Shown: piece after piece, positions 20,901-29,098 of the stretch
How the letters are laid out: each line of letters starts with the position of its first letter
How positions within the stretch are numbered: the first letter of the stretch is position 1
Source: Halocafeteria seosinensis
Taxonomy: Eukaryota
Assembly (NCBI GenBank): GCA_001687465.1
Contig: LVLI01000344.1
Coordinates: 62,001-91,098, forward strand
DNA length: 29,098 nucleotides
Reading direction: 5' to 3'
Notes under the pieces: generated by a model
The model's input: the letters and a program-made list of their open reading frames with translations, nothing else
What the model was told of the DNA's origin: nothing
Databases searched by the model: none
Translations under genes and position numbers: made by a program

Positions 20901-23900
20901 ACGCCACAAAGCAAGAAAAGGAGCGCCTTCAGCGGGGACGCCTCTGGTATCAGGATGGAGAAGACTCGCAACTACGGGTGCCTTCAAAGACGCTAGTATT
21001 TGATTACGAAGGACAACATGAAATGCCCATCAATCACGACGAAGCAAAGAACCTCCGCGATGTAATTTCTTCTTCTAGTGATAAAGTGGCTTTCATATTA
21101 TATCACTTCTTTTCGGTATATATCCCCACAAGCGAGGAGGAGGATGTACAATTATTGTATCTTCTTCAAGAACTACAGACCGCTATATCGGAGCAACAGA
21201 ATGAAAACCAACAATTGAGAGAGAGGGAAGAACATCTGGAGAATGTACTGTTTTCCGTTCAAGAGAAATTTGACGTCCTCGAACGTGAAAACCAGCGATT
21301 GAAGAAGGATCTCGAGGAGACGACAAACAACTACCATGATACTAGGAAACAGCTTGAACAGGAACAGCAGAATTCACGCCATTTTGAGCAACAGTTGAGG
21401 CAAGCATCCGGGACTCTCCGCGATGAGTTTGAACAGGTGAAGTCAACACTTGAAGTGACACAGGAACAGTATCGTGAGAGTATAGAAAGCAGCGAAAGCC
21501 TGACCGCCGAGCGAGACGACCTCAGGCAGCAGGTGCGTCGCCTAGAGCATCGACTGGAGGAGGAGATTCAGGAACGACAGGAACTTAAACGAGAAATGGA
21601 AAAGGTGACTTCGGAAAAGGAAGAGAAGGTAAACGAGCTCAATTCTAAGCATGAACGAGATGCACAAGAAATGGCACTCGGCTTTGATCGAGAAGTTGCC
21701 CGAGTGGAGCATGAAGCACAAACACTCAAAGACAGTATTCGCTATCTGCAGAATGAAATCGAGGACCTTATTCAACAAAAACGGCAGCTTAAACGCGCAA
21801 TTCAAGTGAACAAATCAGACCACCATTCTACGATCCAACGGCTAAGAGACCATTGCGATGCAGTTTCGCGAAGCTATCAAGAGCAGCAACAAAACGCTGA
21901 GCATTTGGAAGATAGAATCGCTCGACTGCAAACGGAGCTAAGCCAAACAAATAATGCGTTTTTAGAGAAAGAAGCGGAACTGCGTGCAAGGGAAGCGACC
22001 CTTACAAAGCTGCGGGAGAGCATGGGTAATAGAGACAGCGAGATTGACCGACTAAATATGGAAATACAGCACATCTCCTCAGACAAAGATACAGAAGTCA
22101 CAGAATTACGGAAAAAATATCACGAAGAATCCACTAACAGGGCTCACAGAATCAACGAGCTAGAAGCAGCTTTGGAGACTACGTCTTCAGAGAGGGATAC
22201 CCTTTCTTCTAAACTGGAAACAACCCAGGAACAGAGAAAGAATCTTGAGGATAACGTGGAAAACTTAAAGCAAAGAAACTCTGAATTAGAGGATAACGTT
22301 CAAGAAGGGTTGGATGATGTAGGTCAGCTAAGGTCAGAGCTTGGTGCATCTCATATGCGAGTAGAGGAAGCAGAGTCTGAACTAGCGAATGCTAACAAAA
22401 ATAATACGGCTTTGGAGAATCAACTGCAAGAGGCGCGTGATCAAATGAACTCTCAACAGAAAGAAAAGGCGGAATATATACAGCGACTACAGGACGAGCT
22501 GGAGCGCTACGATGAACTGCTTGAGAATTCCAATAAAGAATTAGATAGAATGCAGCATATATCAGAAGAAAACGAATATTTACAGAACCGAACAAAGACA
22601 CTGGAACAACAATTGGAAGACATGCAGAGTCAGATAATCGAGCTCCAAGACAAGAATCGTCACCTTGACGAATTGACGAAAGAAGCCACAACTTCTGAAG
22701 ATCAGTTGCGCAACCGATACCATGAACAGCAAAAAAACATTTCGGATCTGCATTCCGAAAGGGAAACATTGTTGAATGAAAATGAAGCCATGAAAGACCA
22801 AGTTAGAACTATGGAAGCACTGAACAAAGAATTCGAAGAGCAGTTAAACGCCTGTAAGGTTTCGGGAGAGAAGCTGAGCGAACGACTGCACGACTATGAG
22901 CGTCAAGTTGAGGACCTCACGTCCCAGAATAACCGATTAAACAGGAAGAAAGAGGAATGCGAAACGTTGCAACAATGGAGAGATGGAATGGAAAAACGCA
23001 TCGAGGAAAAGGACGAATATATAGCTCAGTTACAACGTCAGATACAAGAGTATGAAAACCGTTTGAATGTATTAAAGTCTCAGTCGGAACATTTACAAAA
23101 CGAATTACAAAGTCAAGAGCGAGAAAAGAAGGAATACGAGACTTTGCTACAAGGGAAAGATAGAATGGAGAAACGCGTCGAGGAAAAGGACGAATACATT
23201 ACTCAATTGCAACGGCAGATACGAGAATATGAAAGCCGTGAAAATGCATTGAAGTCTCAGTCAGAACATTTGGGAAGCGAATTGCAAAGCCAAAGACAAG
23301 AGAATGAGGATTTAAGATTACACCTTGACACTCATGCTCAGAAAACACAAGAATTAGAAACGGCGATGGAGGAGGTGCATAGGAAGCTGCAATCCAACTC
23401 AAACAATCATGATGGTGAAGGGGATGTAGCTGGAATAGAGCAGCAACGAAGCAGGTTAGACATATTGATTACGCAGCTGCACAACTTGCAACGCAGAGTT
23501 GAAGGATTGAACGAAAGAAAGTCGTCCCTTCATACTGAGTTGGAAGAGCTGAGGGAACAAAATGACAACCTGAGACAAGTTTCCGAAAGTGAGAGCTCTC
23601 GCAGAGCAGCTATTGAGCAGGACTACGATGCCGTTATAACTTCAAAGGACAATCATCTCCGAGAGTTGGACGAACAAATCGAGTCCATGAGGGCAACAAT
23701 GGAAAATGCCAGATCGGAAGCCGAATATTTGAGCGAGAGAAACAAAGAGCTTTCGTGGGAATTGGACAAGTCCAACAAGTTAGAGAATCAACTTCGTGAA
23801 GAAAAGCACGAGGTTATTGAAGCCAAACAGAGTGAGAATGGGCGTTTAAGTAAAGAACTTGACCAACAAAAGCAGCGACTCCGTTCACAGTCAGCCTTTG

Positions 23901-26870
23901 ATAGAATGGAGCTAGACCAACGAAGGGAATTAGTCTGTGAGAGGGAGCGCCTAAGAGAGGAGGTGAGGACACTAAATGAACAACTTGAAACAGAACGAAA
24001 CGAACGCCGTTCCGAACTAGCGCAGAAACAATCGGAAAAGGACGACTTGGAGAGAGAGCTGACATCAATCTTTTCGGAAAAGGAGAATTCGGAAAGAAGC
24101 TCCCTCCAAGCTGACCTTGAAGAATTTCGTTCTCAGGTTTCTCGAGAGCGATCCGAGAAAGAATCTAAGCAGAAAGAAGTGGAAACACTGAAAAACCAGC
24201 TCATTGAACTTAGCGGCACACTGTACGACGAACGATTAGCAAAGCAAGAAGCGCAGAGAGAAATCGAGCACCTGAGAGATCAGCGCATGCAGGACCGTGA
24301 AGAATTCGAGAGTCTGTCCTCCGAGGGGCAGTCAAAAAGAGAAGAGTTAGAACGACTCCTTAGTCAAGCTCGTTCGGACAACACCGTACTAGAAAAAGGA
24401 AGAAATGAGTTTAGAGAACAACTCGACTCACTCGCCTCGCAACTATCCCAGGTTAGTAACGAAAACAGATCCTTGAAACGGCAGCTAGAGACTCGAGAGG
24501 CTAAGGACCAACGCTTAGCGGAACGGCGCGTTGACAAAGAGCACGTACAATGGCGGTTGCAACAGAGTACCGTGGAAAAGGAAACGCCCGAACAAGAAGC
24601 CAGCCAGCTACGCAAGCAACTCGAAACAGCTATCGGTAACTTCATCGGTACAGGACCATGCAGTTCTCGCTGGAGAAAGCAAATACACGACCAGGTGCTG
24701 CTTCTAGCGGAACGTTTTACTTCGGATCTGTCTGCAGCCCAACAGATCCTGCACCGGCAAAATCGGAGGTTACCAAGTTTGAAGACGAAACTCGCAAATC
24801 TGAGTATACATGTTCAAACTATAAATGCCAACAATAGAAGGTACAGAGAAAAATGGGATATATGTAAGCATGAAAAGCAAGCACAGCAAGAGAGGATCAA
24901 TTTTCTGCTAGAGCATAGTGAGACGCTCAGTAAGCAGCTGGAGTCGCTTCCCGACGTGGGAAACGACTTTGAAGGCCATACTTCTGATGATCACTGGGAA
25001 AGGCTCATACGATCAAAAGATTTGCGTATTGAAGAGCTCCTCTCTGGTTACAGAGCCTTAGAGTCGTCAGTGGCAAAGTTAGAAACTGAGACTATACAGT
25101 CCAGTGAGGAGAAGCAGCGTATGGAAAGCGTTGTTAGAAATAGGGACAAAGAAATAGAGCATTACCAACGTGCGGAACGGGAAGGGAGCAATGTCATTCC
25201 GAAGAGCGGCATTTCTGGAACGCATTTGTCTTCTTTAGAACAAGAGCTAGCATCTTTGTGCGGCGACTTTTGTTCTCTGGACAGTATTTCAGCGCCATAT
25301 GTGTATGATCAGACGGATCCTTCTGCTATCGCGAGAATCTTCCAACTTGTCCGTATTCTTAAGAGCATTCGTGATGATTTAAGCCAGAGCTCAAAAGACC
25401 GTCTTAACAACAGTGATGTAAACGCATTGTCGACAGTAACGGGGGAACAATACAAAATTTTGGAACGAGAATGCCAGCGTTACAAGGAAAGGCTACGAGA
25501 GGCACGGCAAGAAAACGAGACTCTTAAGGACGATCTTGATTCCTTTTCAAGAAAGCTAGAGCACTTGGAGGAACGTTTCCGTCAACGTGCACATTCTTCC
25601 GCGATTGAGAGCGACAAATGGTGGTACGATCAGCAGCAACGTATCCGGAGATTATATGACTTACTGAGGGACAGGAACAGCCAACTGGCAGAACTCCAAG
25701 AGCAAAACGAACACTACCGTGAACAAATTTCAAACCTAAGTGTCAACTATAAGGAGTTGCAAATGGAGAACCAAAAAGATTCCTTGGAACTGAGAGCTGC
25801 AAGGGACAGGATTAATGAGTTGGACGAGGAACTTTCGAGAGTTTGGAAGCAGGTCGAGAATTCCAACGTAGACCCGTCTGGCCCGCACCAAGCCGCGGAC
25901 TCAGCAATAGTGAAGGAAGTGTCAGAATGCAACAAGGAACTGTATCATCAGAAGCAGGAAAATAGAAAATACGAGTCTAAGGTCCTCCTACTTAGGGAAC
26001 ATCTTGAGAGAGAACAGAAAAGGGGCGAGCATCTTACACAGCAGTTACAGACACTGCAAGAAGAGAAGCGCAAGGACGAGCAGGACCGTGAGGAGCTGTC
26101 TCAACAAATCGAACGTCTGGGAGAAAGATTTGAGAATGCAGCTACAGAAACGAATTCCCAGCAGCTCATGGAAACTGTGAATCAGCTTGAAGACAAGAAC
26201 CAATTCCAAGAAGCAAAGCTTCTATTAGAAAATGACCATCTACGCGCAGAGTTGGATGAGTTTAAACATAAGTATCGGGAAGCCACGGAGCACTCACAAC
26301 ATGATATTACCACCAGGAAGAGCAGCTCATTTCATCGCGATCACCTCTCAAAAGACGATGATCTCGACAATTCGGGAACTAAAGAACAAGAGGAGCGCCT
26401 ACAATATGCCCAAACTAAATTGCAGCAGATGCAGCATCGCTGTGATGTCTTACGGGAGCAAGTCACGAAGTCGAACAAAGGCATACTTAAAATGGATGAG
26501 AATAAGCAGAAGATGTTGTCTGAGATATCCGAGCTTAGGAAGTCTGTCCTATCTGCTGAGAAAGCTTGGGAAGAGTACCGAAGTAGAGCAGACAGACACG
26601 TTCGCTTTTCTCGGCGAATGGCTTCGCAGGTTTCGGAGCTATCCAAAGAGAACAAGGTTAGTATATAATAATACCTCCGAGTCATAAGAATCCTCATCCT
26701 GAATCCGCCGTTATTCTGTTTCGTTAACAATGCAGAAACTGCAGAAGCAGTACGGTAAAGCTAGAGCAAAAGTGTTGGAACTTGAGGGCGAACTTCGTTC
26801 TTTTAAAGATATCGACGCATACAGTGGCACATTTTCGAAGACAATGAAATCTTTTAGATCTGTAGCGTGA
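17963..26870 (+). CDS. Giant coiled-coil protein of unknown family, 2 exons, ~2942 aa
   Basis: 8694-nt first exon (17963-26656), intron 26657-26735 (GTTAGT...TTAACAATGCAG), last exon 26736-26870 encoding KLQKQYGKARAKVLELEGELRSFKDIDAYSGTFSKTMKSFRSVA*. S/T-rich disordered N-terminus of ~160 aa, then E/Q/K/R/L heptad-rich sequence almost throughout. No motor or other globular domain recognised. Confidence 0.85.
22946..23299 (+). repeat. Intragenic tandem duplication, 2 x 177 nt (59 aa)
   Basis: ETLQQWRDGMEKRIEEKDEYIAQLQRQIQEYENRLNVLKSQSEHLQNELQSQ versus ETLLQGKDRMEKRVEEKDEYITQLQRQIREYESRENALKSQSEHLGSELQSQ; DNA anchor GAGGAAAAGGACGAATA at 23003 and 23180. Confidence 0.92.
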
Positions 26871-27559
26871 CAGTCCAGAACTGTGAAAAAAACAAAAAGG
26901 CTGGAGATGTTAATGCAGTGTCTAGGTTGGACATGCCTGTCATTGAGTTAATTGATTCTATATGTGGGCGTGACATCTCCGTTACGTCGTCCAGAGGGGA
27001 GAGAATCGGGAATCCCATCGGACTTCCTGGGCTAAATCCTGGAGCTCCACAAAGTTGGTGACATCAGTGAGACACCGCCGATAGTTGGGACCAAGCCTCG
27101 ATAAGGGACATCATCCAAGTAGGAGTAAAAAAGCCTATGTGGGGAATTCCGTCAAAAGTGGTTGGTAAGTGTTGGTTCTGCGTTCAGGGCAACCGATACT
27201 TGTAGATACCTCCTTGACAACATACTTCATCTGAAGGCAAGTCTCAGTTTAGCAACAGAGCGCCTCGGCGACTAAACTCAAAGACTACTGAGCAGCTTCG
27301 CCAATGCTACCAAAAATTTGGAAGCAGAGCGAGTAGAACCGACGATGCATGTGCTCGCACCACGACTCATAGCATTACCCCCGGTAGACCATGGATATAC
27401 TTTCGTCGTCATGCTCTGCTGCACCGTGAGCATCTGATTGCGCAGCTGGAACCGTGTGCGTATTGTATACGTCCAAAGCCTGTACCTTCATGCGATGACA
27501 GAAATGAGAAGTTGGTAACACACACACATATGTGACAGATAGCCCATCGGCCGGGGATC

Positions 27560-27776
27560 TGAATTCGGACCATAGCGTTCTTGTCCTTTGTCGATGGGGC
27601 ATCCTTAGCAATCGTGATGAGAGTCGTCGATGAATCATCCTTAGAAATTGTGGTGCTTGAAGTCGAAAATCCATTAACTAGTGCATACTCATTTAGGGTA
27701 ATAAAAGAAACTTTCTGCGTTGGTGAATTCGGACCAAAGTGTTCTTGTCCTTCATCGATGCAGCCCTCTTAGCAAT
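27560..27776. repeat. Imperfect 53-bp direct repeat (27560-27612 and 27724-27776)
   Basis: TGAATTCGGACCATAGCGTTCTTGTCCTTTGTCGATG... versus TGAATTCGGACCAAAGTGTTCTTGTCCTTCATCGATG...; 44/53 identical by ungapped manual alignment, offset 164 nt. Confidence 0.85.
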
Positions 27777-27869
27777 AAACTCTTGAACCACTTCAACCAC
27801 GGCACTTATCTTAGCATAAGCGAGAGAGTTCGTCTCGTCTCTGACAAACCTACGGAACCTAGGACTCCC

Positions 27870-28004
27870 CCCCTCTCCAACAACGTCCTAAATAGAATCA
27901 TGCTGCCACTTCGCCAAGGTGGCTTGGGAATCACGGGCTTCTACTTGTCGTCAGATGCGGCCTACATGGGGTCTGTCATCACAGCGTCACAGACAATACA
28001 GTAG
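27870..28004 (+). pseudogene. Fragment of non-LTR retrotransposon RT thumb region (CRE-like, RLE-encoding group)
   Basis: Translates PLSNNVLNRIMLPLRQGGLGITGFYLSSDAAYMGSV; LP.r.GGLGi followed by AAy.aS is characteristic of the post-RT region of CRE-like elements. No RT core upstream; TAG at 28002. Confidence 0.8.
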
Positions 28005-28100
28005 CGGAGAGAACCGGAGAATTGGTAGACCCCCTGGCGGACTACTAGAAGAAGCAATGGTTCCTCTTGCTTAGACTGGCCGCCTAGAGCTACGCACACG

Positions 28101-28319
28101 GTAGACGAAGTCGAGAAGTTTATCGACTTCAGACTCCACGACAAGCGGATCCTCGTCCACTGGAAGGGCTACCCAGAGGCAGCACGGACATAGGTCTTTC
28201 TGAAGCCACGAAGCCGGTTCCCGGGTAGCTGCACCTTCTTCGATCTCGAGCAGGAGATGTACTTTAATCTGGGCTATGATGGCGAAAATGAGGTGGACGG
28301 GGGGAGTATAACCACATGA
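28101..28319 (+). pseudogene. Retroelement-type chromodomain remnant
   Basis: Frame from 28101 reads VDEVEKFIDFRLHDKRILVHWKGYPEAART*V, matching EVEkIld.r....yLVkWKGYp....TW; the conserved Trp position is a TAG at 28191. The frame then stays open to TGA at 28317-28319. Not in the ORF track. Confidence 0.8.
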
Positions 28320-28330
28320 ATATACAATAA
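28301..28330 (+). repeat. 30-bp motif, copy A
   Basis: GGGGAGTATAACCACATGAATATACAATAA; 29/30 identical to the reverse complement of 28932-28961. Confidence 0.95.
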
Positions 28331-28694
28331 TTATTGCTCCCGTGGCACGGAATTTCTGGGGAGCCCCCTCCCGCGTCAGGTGGAGGCTTGTCATTGGTCA
28401 CAACTGTTGCGTCGGGAACAACACTTCATCCTGCCGGCGCTGCTGCAACCGGTCTTGGCGTTGGCGCCGCTGTGGCAGGCTCAGGGTCTCCTCCTGCCAG
28501 ACTGAGCCTTGTCGGTATCTGACATTGTGGGCGCAGGCATGGCTCCTCTCCCGATGCCTCCTGAGCTTAACCAGTGCTGTGTTCCCTCACGGCGCATGTC
28601 AGCAAGGCTGCAGGAACAGCGGGCCCGTCGCTGCTCAACACGGGCGCATACCGCTCCTCGTTAAGAGGATGCGGTCAACTTCCCGGCCGGTGGG

Positions 28695-28912
28695 CTATCT
28701 GTCGGCCTCCACAGCGAAAGGAATGATCTCGCGATCATACTCCTTCAGATGGGCATACTTCCTCAGTTTGGCATTCTTTGCTTGCTTGGATGTCCACAAC
28801 TTGGAACACGCTGATCTCACCAATCGATCGTCAGACAAGGGTTTGGGACCGTCACATCGATCAACCAATCACTGGTGTCCCCGTGAGCCACAATATCCAT
28901 GACGCCAGGACG
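28695..28912 (-). pseudogene. Restriction-like endonuclease (RLE, PD-(D/E)xK fold) domain remnant of a CRE-like non-LTR retrotransposon
   Basis: Minus strand reads RPGVMDIVAHGDTSDWLIDVTVPNP, then after a 1-nt frameshift near 28838 LSDDRLVRSACSKLWTSKQAKNAKLRKYAHLKEYDREIIPFAVEADR*. This matches the RLE signature D...lDVtv..P...K..KY...f.PfavE. Not in the ORF track. Confidence 0.85.
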
Positions 28913-28931
28913 AAAACAAGTCAAATTAAGG

Positions 28932-28961
28932 TTATTGTACATTCATGTGGTTATACTCCCC
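28932..28961 (-). repeat. 30-bp motif, copy B
   Basis: Minus strand GGGGAGTATAACCACATGAATGTACAATAA, starting 8 nt after the RNase H stop codon. Confidence 0.95.
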
Positions 28962-28969
28962 TAACGAGT

Positions 28970-29098
28970 TTAAAGTGAGTTCGGATCCCCCACGAAGTAT
29001 TCCCCTGTAGAATCATTACAAAACATAATGTCTTTCCGATCGATTGCCTCGTTAGCTAGACGGTCAGCCTCCGTGTTTTCCTCCCGAGGAACATGATG
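28970..29098 (-). CDS. C-terminal end of an archaeal/plant-type RNase H1 domain (partial, truncated by the window edge; probably retroelement-encoded)
   Basis: Minus strand from the last base reads HHVPREENTEADRLANEAIDRKDIMFCNDSTGEYFVGDPNSL*. HVPRE.N..AD.LAN.A.D is the C-terminal catalytic motif of archaeal-type RNase HI. Not in the ORF track. Confidence 0.85.
   Translation of the reverse strand, partial: HHVPREENTEADRLANEAIDRKDIMFCNDSTGEYFVGDPNSL

Larger units (their letters stand above)
27870..29098. mobile_element. Cluster of decayed retrotransposon fragments on both strands, running off the window end
   Basis: Four retroelement-type protein fragments (RT thumb, chromodomain, RLE endonuclease, RNase H) and two copies of a shared 30-bp motif; the first three fragments carry stops or a frameshift. 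Confidence 0.85.

Noticed and set aside
26731..26750. Several in-frame AG acceptors (26735, 26744, 26747, 26750) at the last coiled-coil intron
   Set aside because: Expected by chance in Q/K-rich coding sequence; the first AG after the branch-like TTAAC is the default.
2064..26870. Apparent secretory-pathway cluster (SLY1, VMA21, amylase, possible golgin)
   Set aside because: Common gene classes, mixed orientation and unknown coiled-coil function; chance adjacency is sufficient.
26962..27069. TGGTGACATCAGTG (27056-27069) resembles a tRNA primer-binding site following a TGTGG...CCACA segment
   Set aside because: The would-be LTR is only ~90 bp, has no second copy in the window, and no gag-like ORF follows.
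26900..27560. Possible spliced minus-strand gene (acceptor-like TTGCCTTCAG and CCCCACATAG, short open stretches)
   Set aside because: I could not assemble a consistent open frame or recognise a product.
28299..28330. G-rich start of the 30-bp motif read as an LTR-retrotransposon polypurine tract
   Set aside because: Not preferred: neither copy is followed by the canonical TG LTR start, and similarity between copies ends after 30 bp at AATAA. Retained only as an alternative.
28301..28961. MITE or DNA transposon defined by 30-bp terminal inverted repeats
   Set aside because: No target-site duplication, and each repeat coincides with the end of an ORF lying outside the pair. Not annotated as a MITE, though not fully excluded.
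1..29098. Many short antisense or alternate-frame ORFs overlapping the large genes; CRISPR arrays, tRNA and rRNA genes
   Set aside because: The overlapping ORFs are shadows of the real CDSs. No regularly spaced repeat-spacer array or structural RNA gene was seen by eye.

Overview
Eukaryotic (protist-like, possibly stramenopile; the taxon cannot be determined from sequence alone) genomic DNA with short GT-AG spliceosomal introns of 62-134 nt. The first 26.9 kb is a compact block of seven genes: sideroflexin (9 exons), Sec1/Munc18 protein SLY1, a secreted GH13 alpha-amylase, THOC2, exportin-5, VMA21 and a ~2,940-aa coiled-coil protein of unknown family. THOC2 and XPO5 converge with only 12 bp between their stop codons. 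After ~26.9 kb recognisable host genes stop, and 27.87-29.10 kb is a cluster of decayed retroelement pieces mostly missed by the ORF track: a CRE-like RT thumb, a chromodomain, a restriction-like endonuclease and an archaeal-type RNase H C-terminus. Two inverted copies of a 30-bp motif (29/30 identical) each lie at the 3' end of a different retroelement ORF. This is the best candidate for something undescribed. All calls come from manual translation and recalled family motifs; no database searches were run.
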